Assembly: GCA_025558095.1 (NCBI GenBank)
Contig: JAIVFI010000030.1
Coordinates: forward strand, 525,909 to 589,908
Source: Hyaloraphidium curvatum SAG 235-1
Taxonomy: Eukaryota > Fungi > Monoblepharomycota
Length of the DNA stretch: 64,000 nucleotides
Direction: 5' to 3'
The number at the start of each line of letters is the position of its first letter. Within the stretch, counting starts at the first letter, position 1. This document shows, piece after piece, positions 35,865-47,289 of the stretch. A program made the translations under genes and the position numbers. The notes under the pieces were generated by a model that was not told the DNA's origin, did not search any database, and worked only from the letters and a program-made list of their open reading frames with translations.

Positions 35865-36590
35865 ATGGCGACCCCGCTGATCGTGCTCGGCGGCGCCAAC
35901 GGCCAGGGCCGCGACGTGGTCGACGCGCTGCTCGTGCTCGGCGCGCCGCTGCTCGGCATCCTCGACGCCGCGCACGCGACCGCGAAGGAGGTGTTTGGCG
36001 TGCCCGTGCTCGGCCCCCCGGAGGACTGGAGAACGTATGTGGACAGGGCGGCATTCGTGCTCGCGATCGGCGGCACCCGCGAGCGGCTGGCCCTCGGCGA
36101 CGCGGTGCTGGCCGCCGGCGGGCGGATCCGACAGGTCGTGCACCCGGCGGCCACCGTCTCCCCCCGCGCCAAGCTGGGCACCGGCGTCGTCCTGCTCGCC
36201 GGGTGCGTGATCGCGCCCGACGCCACCGTCGGCGATTTCGGCATCCTGAACGCGCGGTGCTGCGTGGACCACGACTGCGTGCTGGAGAGGGCGGTGCAGT
36301 TCGGGCCCGGGTGCAGCCTGGCGGGCAACGTGGTCGTGGGGGAGTGCGCCAACGTGGGCGTGGGGGTCAGCATGAAGCCGGGGGTGAGGGTGGGGAGGGG
36401 CGCGGTGGTCGGGGCAGGGTCCGCGGTGGTGAAGGACGTGGAGGCGGGCGCGACGGTGGCGGGGAATCCGGCGAGGCCGCTGCCCCAAAGGGGTGCGGGC
36501 AAGGGGACCGGCGTGGTCGAGGAGAGCAGCCAGGAAGGACGGGGAGCCCCCGCGGGAATGGACGGACGGGGCGGGCAGGGACGGCTGTAG
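35865..36590 (+). CDS. NeuD/PglD-family hexapeptide-repeat sugar acetyltransferase, intronless
   Basis: IVLGGANGQGRDV, LAIG..R, VHPAATVS, CVDHDC, IGxG-type repeats, TVAGNPAR. Confidence 0.9.
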   Translation: MATPLIVLGGANGQGRDVVDALLVLGAPLLGILDAAHATAKEVFGVPVLGPPEDWRTYVDRAAFVLAIGGTRERLALGDAVLAAGGRIRQVVHPAATVSPRAKLGTGVVLLAGCVIAPDATVGDFGILNARCCVDHDCVLERAVQFGPGCSLAGNVVVGECANVGVGVSMKPGVRVGRGAVVGAGSAVVKDVEAGATVAGNPARPLPQRGAGKGTGVVEESSQEGRGAPAGMDGRGGQGRL

Positions 36591-36667
36591 CCCCCTCACA
36601 CGGCACGGCACGGCACGACACGGCAAGCGATCGGGTATCTATAACATCCGTCCCCCATCCGCGACGT

Positions 36668-37747
36668 TCACTTGAGCAGGCTCCGCGCCAGCTGCTCCCG
36701 CGCCGTCTGCAGCGCCTGGCTCAGCGTCTGCTCCGACAGCGGGATGTCGGCCGCCGAGGGCTCGCGGCGGGTGACGCGCGCCGCGAGGATCGTGGGGTCA
36801 GACTCGAGGATGATCCTGCGGGGGGCGGGGCGGACGTGTCAGCTTCCCCGACCAAAGGACAGCGCGCCGGGAGCCCACCCCTCGTCGACGGTCTCGTCCA
36901 GGCACAGCATCGCCAGGTCCAGGTTCTCCAGCACCGTCCGCTTCTCCACCTGCCCGCGCAGCAGGATCCCCAGCGCCTCGGCGTAGCCGTTCATCACGCT
37001 GGCGAGCATGAGCTCGTTGCAGTCGGGCATGCCCACGGCCAGGAGGAGGAGGTCGACGATGGGGCGGTACGTGACCACGTGGCCCTCGAACATGATGATC
37101 TCGCCGGCTGTCAAAAGGGGGAATGGGGAAAATGGGGGTCAGAAGCGTTCGATAAGGATAGCGAGGGAGGGCCGGAGGGCGGCAATGGGCCAGCATGCTG
37201 GGGGGGGCGCAGGCTTCTGCGGATGAGCCGTCCGGGGCCCAATGCTGCCCCCGCAGTGCCGTCCGCCGCCGCTCTCCACCGAACCCCTTTTCAGGCGTCC
37301 GTCCGAGGGGGCAAAAGGGCCGGCGACGGGGCCCAGCGTCGGCGGCACGCGGGGAACCCCGCGGCCCCGCGTCCCCGTCCCGCCCCTTTCACGCGGCCTG
37401 CCGCCCCCCCTCCCCAACGCCCGCCTCCCGCAAGCACCCCCTTCCCCGCGCCCAGCGATTCCCGCCCGGCCTCCCCCGCCTCCCGTTAAACCCACCCTGC
37501 AGCCGCCGCGTCTTGTCCCACACGCCGCGCTCGAACGCCCGCTGCTCCTTCGCGCCCGCGAGCCCCGACGTGCCGGGCAGCGGGTAGTACTTTGCCAGCA
37601 CGCGCTTGCCCTCCGAGTCGAGGAGCACGACGGCGCGGACCGAGTAGAGGTCGAGGGGCTGCGCGGGTGGGGGGAGGGGGACAACGGAGCGGGTCAGCAG
37701 GGGCGGGGAGAGCAGAAGGCGCGGGAGGGACGCACGCCGACGACCAT
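36668..37747 (-). CDS. RET3: Coatomer subunit zeta, 3 introns
   Basis: LYSVRAVVLLDSEGKRVLAKYY, NELML, QVEKRTVLENLD, LDETVDEGIILESDP, EQTLSQALQTAREQL. Confidence 0.95.
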
Positions 37748-37861
37748 GGCGGCGGCGCCACGAGGGGAGAGGGGAAACGGGAGCGGACGTGTTTTGGGTA
37801 GGTGAGGTCTAAGGGACTCGGCGAGCACGGAAACTCGCTAACGCGGGCGGCCATGACGACC

Positions 37862-38051
37862 CGGCAAAGACTGGGATGTCGATGGTCTCATGGCCCGCCA
37901 GACCGGCCGTCTGCGCGCCGTTGGTCAGCGGGGGCGCGTACTGGGTTGCCAACAGCTTATGAACAGGTTCAAGGAAGCCTGTACCCGGCAGCTCGGCGGA
38001 CATCTAACCCCTCCCCTCTTCCCCGAATTCAATGTATATGGCGTGACGTGA
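37862..38051 (+). mobile_element. Heavily 5'-truncated copy of the CRE-like retrotransposon (last ~60 codons; extent of 3' UTR unknown)
   Basis: Matches 60534-60723 with 3 substitutions. Confidence 0.75.
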
Positions 38052-38643
38052 TGTATCGGGGTTGGGGGGCGCTCAGCGCCTGTGATAGAGATCTGACGAC
38101 CCGGAGTGGTACCGGCGGGCAGCTCTTGGCGCAGCGACTCTGGCAGCGCGACCACTCTGGCACCCGAGGAGGACGGGCAGGAATGATGCGGCATCGCAGG
38201 CTGGCTCTAGTGCCCGTGCCGGTGGAGGTTTCTACAAGCACCCGCCGGCGCTGTCCTTGCAGTAGAGAACCGCGCTCGGATCCTTGGCAACGCCAAACGG
38301 AGCGCACCCGTCCGAAAATGTGTCATGGCGTTGATTCTGCCTGCACCCAGACGTCGCTGCAATGGCGTACGGCTCCGCCACGGGCACCGTAGCCAGGAAC
38401 GTGGCAAGCGAGCAGTAGGGCAGAAGGCGGTCTATCGGCGAGGCACACATAGCCACGACAACACAACGGCCGGACCCAGACCATGTCCCATCCGGTCCAG
38501 CTGCCCATAGCCGTCTTTGGCAGGGCAACAGGGCGATGTCCATGTCGGGATCCAAGCGTGACCGGCCGCGGGCGCCGGTACGCTTGCAGTCGCCGCGGGC
38601 GGGACAGATCGTCTGGAAGGCCCCGCCGGGTTCGACGCCGGCA

Positions 38644-40207
38644 TCACACCCTCGTCCTCGTCGCCACCACAACCGCCGCAGCCCTCCTCCCCGCCTCGTA
38701 CGCCCCGTGCACCGTCGACGGATACGGCCAGCTCCCCGCGTGCTCCCCCGCCATCTGCAGCCACGGCACCCCGCTCGAAGTGTTGAGCGGGCGAGCGATC
38801 TCGTCGTAGTCTGCGCGCGAGGAACCGGGCGCCATGAAGCTGTACGCGCCGAGGGAGAAGGGTTCCCGCGTCCAGGAGGTGACGGCGGAGAAGATGGGTG
38901 CGGGGAGGCCCGGGAAGGCCAGGCGGAGCTGAGCGAGGACGCGGGCGGCGGCGGCGGCGGGCGGCTGCGACTCGATCGCGCGCGCGAGCTGCCCGCCGGC
39001 GATGGCGACGACCACCGGGCTGCGCGCGGCGGGGCGGAGCGAGCGGAGGAGGACAAAGTCGTACGGCCCGCCGCGGACGTTGGAGGCGGCGAAGGTGCGC
39101 GGGCGGAAGGTGAGGGATTGGATCGATGCGGGGGGGAGGAGGGGGAGGGCCGAAGGGGGGAAGCGCAGGGCGATCTTGGCGAAGGCGCCGAAGCCGAGGC
39201 GCCGGATGGAGGCGAGCTTGGTGGCGGGGAGGGGTGGGGAGAAGGCGATCCGGTTGGCCTTCAGAACTCCTGCAATGGGGTGGAGAAGGGTGAGAGGTGT
39301 TTTGGTTCGGCGTGCGGCCTCCCTCACCTAGAGGGACGGTCAGGATGACGCGCGAGCAGCGGTACGGCCCGCGGCTGGTCGTCAGCAGCACCGTGTCTCT
39401 CACCAGCGCGACCCGCGACACGGTGACGCCGTAGGTGATGTTGAGCCCGGCCATGAGCGGGCGCAGGACCTCGAAGTAGCCGTTCCTCCAAAGCTGGCAG
39501 GGGGTAGCAGGGTGTCAGCAGAGCCGTCCCGGCCACCTTGCCTGCCGACGCACCCTATCGGCGCCGGGCACGTCGCTTGCCGAGTCGTAGTTCCACCCCG
39601 ACAGCTGCGAGGGGTCGGCCGCGTACTCGTTGGCGACCTGCACCGAGGCCTGGTACTCGCGCCTCAGCCGCTCCTGTTCCGGCTGCCCCCCCGTCGCGGC
39701 GTTGATGAGCTGCAGTAGTGTGGGGTCTCGGTCTGCATTCTCGGTTGCCGTCCGCTCCTCCTCGAGGGGCCCCTCGACAAAGGCCTCCCAGTCCCCGACG
39801 GGGTCGGCCTCGACCTCCTCGCCCGAGGTGAGGAAGCTCAGCCCGGCGTCGAAGTTCGTCACCGCCGACTGGGAAAACCGCGGGCTTGCCAATCTGAAAA
39901 GGGGCCCCGACGCGGCATCCCCGTGCAGCCAGGCGGCGCCCATGTCGACGGGGAACGGCTCGTTGCCCGCGGCGCCGTTGCCCATCGGAAGCGCCCACAC
40001 GCGGCCGCCGGCGCGCTGCCGCCCTTCGAGCACGACGGCGGGCACGTTGGCGGCGCGCAGGGCGGCCGCGGCGGAGAGGCCCGCCGCGCCGGCGCCGACG
40101 ACGCAGACCGGGTGCGCGCGGTTCAGAGGGAGCCGCTGGGCGTCCCCCGGCGCAGAGAGCGCCGCGACGGCGGCGAGCAGCGCCGAAAAGGCAAACGCGA
40201 GGCGCAT
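38644..40207 (-). CDS. Secreted flavin-containing amine oxidase (polyamine-oxidase-like), 2 introns, copy 1
   Basis: Signal peptide; VVGAGAAGL, LEGRQRAGGR, DMGAAWLHG, WTREPFSLGAYS, AGEH..YPSTVHGAY. Confidence 0.92.
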
Positions 40208-41140
40208 CGCGGGTTACGGCGGGGATTCGGGGCCGCGATGGGCGTTTTCTTCCTCGCTGACTCGGGGGATGCTGTGCCGGGACGCCGTTCCGCTTCGCCG
40301 CCGCGGCCGGATGCCGCAACCCGATCGTACCTGGTTCGCGGGGGCCCTCGGCTTCGGTTTTGCCGTCCCGCGCCGCCGCACTCCCCGCGCCGATGCGGCC
40401 CTCCGGAGCTTCAGCATCGGCCGGTTCCCACGTTCCTTCCGCGCTGCAGGACCGCCACTCATCCTTGGAGGCCGCGATGGGCGGCACGGACGGCACCCGG
40501 TGCCTTGGAGCCTCGCGCAGGCCACTTTCCTCCTGTCGCCGGCGGCGCGCCATCCCTCCCGCGCGGCCCGATGCCCATCGCGCGCGACCGGAGCTTAGTT
40601 CCCGGCGAGGCGTCGCTTGCGGGGGCCTGAAGCCGGCGCGGACGACTCTCGGCGGGCCGGGGACTGCGGGCGACTCGCCCCACGCTGTCCCCGCTGTTCG
40701 CAGCCGCGAACGCGTTCCCCCTCCTTCGCGCCGGCCGGCCGAACCCCGTGCCGACCGTCGACGTCCCCCCCTCAGCGATGTGCTCGCTGGGAGCGATTCG
40801 CCGCGATGGGCGGCGCGGGCGGCACGCTGGGCCTCGGTGCGCCCCTCCCTCCTCCTCTCTCCGGCAGCGGCGCGCCGTCCTTCGCGCGCTGCCACCCCTC
40901 CGTGGCACGCGTTCGCACTGGACCATGACGCGTCGTGCTACCGGCTGCTGCGCGCCTCGCGGAAGGCCGGCACCGCGGGGGGAAGGCCTCGCGCGCGACG
41001 CCTCCCGACGACGACCTGCGGAGGCGGAGCCGCTCGCTCCGCCCGCGTGCGATGTCGTAGGAGCCTGCGGACCAACCTCGTCAGCCAGCCCCACGCGTGC
41101 ACCATGGCAGATGGGAAGGACCGCCCGGTGCGCGAGATTG

Positions 41141-42035
41141 CTAGGATCGGCAGCTTCGAGGAGCTTCCCAGTGCTGAGCCATGGACTCCCAGTTCTCCTC
41201 GTCATAATGCCCAGGCGCCAGCTCGTCCGTCTCCTCGACCTCGGTCCCGCGCCCCGCCCGCGTCGCTCCCGTCCACCGCCGGGCCACGAACTCCCGTTCG
41301 ACCCCCCCTTCGCCGTATACCCCTCGCCCCCGTCCTCCTCGACCGGGCTGCTCCACGCCGCCTTGGCGCCCTCCTCGACAGGCAGCCCGTCCTCGGGGAC
41401 CAGCTCCGTCGCGTCGCCGTCGCTCCTGTCCCCGCCCTCGAGGTGGATCTCGTGCACCTCCCCCGGAGGGCTGGTGTCGGGGCTCCCCCCCCCCCTCCCC
41501 CCCGGCGGTGGCCCGCGCCGGTACAGCTGCCGCGGGAGGAGCCCCTGTCCCAGGACGCGCCCGCGGCCGGGGAACAGCGGCGCCGGTGCCGGCGTCGTGC
41601 GCAGGCGCTCATCGACCTCCCCTCTCCTCGACCCGGAACGGCAGCGACAGGCACTTGAACTCCTCGGTGCGGAACGACTTGTCCCCGCACCCGCGCTCGC
41701 AGCACAGCGCGGTCGCAGCTGGTCCGGGTACGCGCCGCCGAGCTGCTCGCCCGCGGCGTTGGCGTCCGTCTCGACCTGGTCAAACAGCAGCTTCATGAAC
41801 TCGGCCGCGTCCTGCTGCGCAGCGGATCCACGCCGGCCGGGCGTCGAGGAACTGGCGCAGGGTGAGGACCGGGGAAGAGGGGAAGTCACGGGGGAGAAGA
41901 GGCGTTCGAGGGCGGGTCGCTCGCGGAGAGGTGGTGCTCGCGGCGGGAACGCCGAACTCGAAGGCCGCGGGCTCCCACCGCCGCCACGCCGCCCTAGGAT
42001 AGAACGAGCGGCAGCACGCGGCATGTGGCGGCATG
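41141..42035 (-). pseudogene. Ubiquitin-specific protease (C19) remnant
   Basis: QQDAAEFMKLLFDQV and, frameshifted, CERGCGDKSFRTEEFKCLSLPF; no intact Cys or His box seen. Confidence 0.6.
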
Positions 42036-45000
42036 GCTCCGGCGGCGGTGAGAGGAGGGCTGCCGAGGGCAGCGAGAAGAAGGGGAGGCGCGGGTCCGCA
42101 GGCAGTTGCGCAAGGATCGGCACACGGCCGCTGTTGCGGGCCGCGACATCGAGGCCGCCGCGGCGGCTCGGCCAGCGCGCCGCGCACTGCGGACGTCGGG
42201 GTTGGAGAGCGCCGCTGCGGGGGTCCAGCGGTCGGGAGGAACAACAACCGGGATGGTGACGGAAGGAAGTCGGGCAGCACGGCGGCCCGCGTTGGGTGTC
42301 CGAGGGCGCCGGGCACCGGGAAGAACCGGAATTCGCCCGGCCGATGCGGTCGTCAGAGGCGTGGGGCAGTGCGGCAGGTCGGAGGCCCCAGACCGCTGCA
42401 CCGCCGCACCGCCGTTGGAGCCAGCCCGGCGACGCAAGCGGCCACGGTCGCGGTGCGGGAACAGGAGCGCCGGCTGCTGGCCTGCGAGCGGCGAAGGGAG
42501 GCCGGAGGTGGAGCCCGGGGCTGCGGGTCTGCGGCCGGACCGCATGGGAGCGGGCGACGGAGGGGGAGGAGCCGCCAGGGGGAATGGCTTGCAACCGCCG
42601 CCGGCAGCACGTCGGGCCGCGGCGAGGGGCGGCCGATCAGACACGCCGTGGCCGCGAGCGGCGGGGCGGACCGGCGCCCGCGCTCATGCCCTGCCCCACG
42701 CGGGAAAACACTGCGGCGCTCTGCAGCGCACGCCCGGCGCCGAACGGGGCCGGGGAGAGGGCGGGGCGGCCGAGGATGGCGTGTCGCCCTGGCGGCTAAG
42801 GGCAGCGATGGCTGGACCCTACATCTCAATTGAGGGAAGTTTCACGCATGCAAAAACTCATCGCAGAGACGAGATAGACGGGCAAAACCTGTAATGAAGT
42901 CTCTCGCCACATGCTTCTCCGTCCAAAGCACGGGGTTGGCGGACCGCCGGCGCACTCAGCGGGCCTGGACGGCGGGGGACCGGGTTTCCGCACGGTCGTC
43001 TTTGGCCGCGCGCCGCAGTGGCAAATCTGCACGCAGTGCAGATTTAGAGCCAGCCCCGCAGAATCAAACTACCATGGCTTCAACCTGAACCCGATCTAGT
43101 CGTCGGGAAGCGTCCTCGCATCCTGCGGGGTGCGCTGGCGTGGCGGTTCTCTGTGACTTTGGTTCCCCGAGGACCGTCCACGCGGAGGAGAATGTCGTTG
43201 GAAAAACCGGCGCCTTTTCTGCGCGGTTGGTCTCGAGATGGCGCTGGATCGAACAGGAGCGGACCATGTGTCTGGGAAACGACGGCAAATCGCTACCAAG
43301 CGATGGGGCGTCATCTTCGGCGAAAAACGAAGCTTGTAGTCTACGACAATATGCTTCATGTTTACTCGGACACCGCTAAGTGGTGTTCCCGGTCCCCGAG
43401 ATGCTCGACGGGCTGATGGGCAACCACCCGCCACAGACGAGCCCGATTGCCGCCCCCGCCCGCTTGGCGTCAACGGCCAACGCGTCCTCCGCATCGAAGC
43501 TGGTCAACCCGCCCGGGTCACCGTCGAAGAAGCGACCAAAGCTGGGTTAAAGGGCTAGGCCCGGCTTGATCCGTCCCGTGCCGGCTTGATCCGGTCCGTC
43601 GCCTACCTAGGCGGAGCAAGCCTATAGTCACCAAACAACACGGATTATGGTATTCCTAGGGGCCGTTAAGAAGCATTCCCGGACGGATTCCCGGACTGAG
43701 CTTGGCTGCAAGGTCAGTTTGGTCCAAAACGCAATTGGCGTGGGGGCCGCCCTCGCCCGCACTCGTCCGTCCCAATCGCCAGTCCTCGCAGGCGTGGACG
43801 CTCGCACGTAGTGCCCAGACTCCGAACGGCTAGCTTTACTCTGATCCAATTAACCAGTGTTCCGCCAAAATGGCCTCAGTCGGATCGGAAGAAGTCCGAG
43901 GTGACTGCCTCTCGAGAGGCGGAGGCGCGGCGGATCGCGAGCCGATGTCACCCAACCCCATGGACACCCTTTCGCCCACAAGCGCCCGGGCAGCGCGCCG
44001 CCGCGATGGGCCGCGGGGACGACAGCCTCATTGCCAGGAGCCCATCGCGCTGGCGCGGCAGCCTGGGCGGGCCGGGGGGCGTCGGCAAGACGGCGCGGCC
44101 GCTCCCACTCGCCGGCCTCCTCGGCCGGCGTGACCGACTTCCCCCGGTCTGGCGCAACGCACTTTTCCTTCACGTGTTTGGCGCTCCTACACCGTTGGCC
44201 GGCCGCCGACCCACCGCACCGAACCCCGTCTGCCGGCCGGAGCCACTGGGCGGTCCCGTCGCGGGCGGCCTCTTGTGGCCGCCGGGTCGCCTCTCCCCCA
44301 TTCTTCGCGCGAGCGGCCTTTACGGCCGTCGTAACCGCCGCGGCCGATATCGAGGATGGGGAAGGAGAAGATGGGCTTTGCAGCCGTTCGGCGCGGCCTT
44401 GAGTCGTTGGACTGACCGGAGTGATGCCCACTCGGTCGCTCCCGGGCGCAAACCTGCCCACGGCGCAGCTGGACCCGAAGAGAGAGGCGCAGCGCGTCCC
44501 TGCGCTAATCGCCGTTGCCGGGGGCCCTCCGCCGCGTACGGGTCGTTCTCTTCGTGGACTTGGGAGCCGTGCTCGCGCCAGTCTGGCCAGCATCCGGAGT
44601 CGTTGCTCTCGGGTTTGTGGGAGATTGGCTCCATCGGACGGCGGTGACGACCTTGCGCTCCTGAACGGGCGCGGCGACCGGTCTAGCCAACCCGACTGCT
44701 GCCGGCCTCAAGGTCCTCCGACCCGGCCGGTGACGGGAGCTGCCACCGTCTCTGGCTTTCCTCGTGTGCCCCTTCAACGCCGTGATGTCGCAGGTTACAT
44801 GGGATGACCTTCACATCACTGCGCGTCGCTCGCGGATCGTCCGCGGGAGCTGGTCCTGAGGGAGGTCGACGGCCGAGTTCCGGCAAAGTCCCGCCGATTC
44901 CTCGACCAACATGGATAAATTGAATGAAGGGAGGGTGGTTGTCTCGGTCGCTGTGGACCTCGGATGACGGTGCCCACCCCGTGCGCCGCGGTCCCGGCTC

Positions 45001-45078
45001 GGAATCTCTTTATGCGCCGTTCCTCGGGCTCTCTACTGGATCTCTCTCTTTAGCCCTATCTCAACGCGGTTCTGCGTT

Positions 45079-46264
45079 CTAAATCCCCTTGCGACTCTCC
45101 CTCTCCTCCTCGGCCTTCTGCTCCGACTTCTTCTGCCGCTTCTGGGACTCGTACGCGGCCACCGCAGCCGCGTATTCCCCTCCCTCGGGCCTCTGGCCCA
45201 TCCTCTTCTCCCCCAGAACTTCCTCGACCGCCCGCGCCATCCCCATCGCAACCGCCCCCTCCGCCATCATCCCCTGGCCGATGGCCCCGTCCGCCACGGA
45301 GATCAGCTCGATCTGGGCTCGTAGCAGGTCGCGTACGGGCACCCCCTGGAGGCGGGAGACGATGTTGTCGGCCGTACTGCGAACAAAGACGCCGATGGGT
45401 CCCTGGACGGCCGAGCCGATGGCCTCGCGGGGGGAGAGCCGCGATGACTCGACCGCGGGGAGGCGGCCGTCGAGAGGGACGGCGAGGAGCTCGGGTTTCT
45501 TGAACTTGCGCTGTATCATCGACCTGATCTGAACGAGAGGGATCTTAAGCGGCGCGAAGTCAAAACGATCTTGACTAGTCTACCTCGTCCGGCAGGTCCG
45601 TCTCCCCGAGCTCCGCCCCATCCGCGGCGTCAATGGCGAAAGGACCGAGCTGATCGCGCTGCGCTTGTGCCCCCGCGGCTCGCCGTGCGTCCCTCTCGGC
45701 CTCGAACCGCCCCGCCCTCGCCTCGCTCTCGCGTTCCCACTCTTCGATTTCGCACGCTCTCTCTTCGGCGCGGCGCAGCTCGGCTTCCTTCTTCGCGGCC
45801 GCCTGCCTCTCGCGTCGCTGCTTCTGCGTCTCGCGGTGCCGCTGCGGTTGGGGCCCGCCCCGAGGCTTTCTCGCCGGCCCGCCGCCTCGCGCTCCGTTCC
45901 GTCCCGAGCGATGGCCCGTCTGCCCAGTTTCCGACGAGACCGCCTCGTGTGGAAGCAACTGTTTGATCCCCGCATCCCTCCGCGCGGCCCTGGCGTCCTC
46001 CTGCGCGAGCTGGGCCACGTAGTTCTCGAAGTACGTCGCCCGGTCCCGCTCCGCCGCCGTCTCCGGGGGCCGCGTTGCCGAGCTCAGCTTCTCCGTCGTT
46101 TCGATATCCCACTTGTCCGGGTGCCGCCTCCATCGCCCGTTCTCGGGGTCGAGCACCCACGCCGTGCCGTCGCGCTCGAACATGCACCATTGGCCTCGCG
46201 CCCCGCCCGGTCCGCGGCTCCAGCCCCAGGCCGTCGCGTTGGCAGGCCAGTCGCAGACGTCCAT
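45079..46264 (-). CDS. Orphan protein with Trp-rich N-terminus and coiled coil; 1 intron (45583-45529)
   Basis: MDVCDWPANATAWGW..; a phase-0 GTAG..CAG intron joins to IRSMIQRKFKK. Confidence 0.6.
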
Positions 46265-47289
46265 GCCAAGTGCCAGGCCCGAACTTGGTGGTCGAGGGTG
46301 TGACGAGTCAACGATCAGAGTGCGGGAAAAGGGGGAAGGGAACGCCGGGATCCCCGTCCCGGCTTCAACAGCGCGGGGGAAAGAGCTCCCCGCAAGCGCA
46401 GCCGCGTCGAGCGCTGCATTCGACCCGCGCGGGACGTGCAGAAAAGGACCTCGAGGCCGCTCCGCGCAGGGGCCGTGTCGTCCGCGCCGCGGAGAGGCGT
46501 CGCGCGCCGCTTTTGCGGACCCCTCCCGCGGCCCCGCACCGCCCGGTGGTTGGTGTCCCGTTCGAATCCGCACCGCCAATCGGCCTGCGGGGACCAGGAG
46601 AGGCACGACGGGGCTCGCCGCGTGGGCCGGGTCGCGCAGGACCGAGAACCGTGGGGTGCCCCGCACTCGCCATGGGCGGGCTGCTGGGCAGAGATCTCGC
46701 ACCACCATCCCCGCGGCCACGTCTGCGACATGCCCGATCTTTTGCGGTACCGTGCGTCGCGTCCTGACCCCGTCTTCCCGCCCGCTCAGGTGCACGATCG
46801 CTCGCTCACGCCGCACGTGCGAATCGGTCGACCAGCGAGGCCAGCAGCGGACCCTGAAGCCGAGGTGAGGATACGGTGGCGTGATGCGACATGTAGGAGC
46901 GCGTGGGCTCCCCGAATGCCGCGCATTTGTACGCGAGGGTGGCGATCGCTTGGCCGGAGATCGCGAGGTAGCGAGCATCGCGATGGGCGAAACGGAAGGA
47001 GGGTGGTACCTGGTGCCGCAAATCTCGTCATTCTCTCTGCCGAGGAAGCGCGGTCTACGCGTGGAGGTTCTGCCGTTGAAACGCGGACTGCGCGTCGAGG
47101 CCCCCCGTCCCCCATGCAGGGGGGAACCTATGCCGGATTTCCGGCAGGGGTCTTTCTCTTGACGGCGGCGGGTCTGCGCATAGCATTCCAGCTCTGAGCA
47201 ATGCTCGCGCTGCTTGTAGAGGGCGGGAGCGCATGTTCCGATGCTCAACGATCCCTGCGTCCCTGCACAGCCTCACGCCCACGACGACG

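Larger units (their letters stand above)
37862..41175. repeat. 3.3-kb segmental duplication, internal copy
   Basis: ORF track repeats at a constant offset of 22672 bp in 60534-63847. Confidence 0.97.

Noticed and set aside
32057-36590. Bacterial contamination or chimeric contig
   Set aside because: The genes sit between spliced eukaryotic genes with similar codon style and C-rich leaders, and show no operon structure or Shine-Dalgarno signals; read-level confirmation is still advisable
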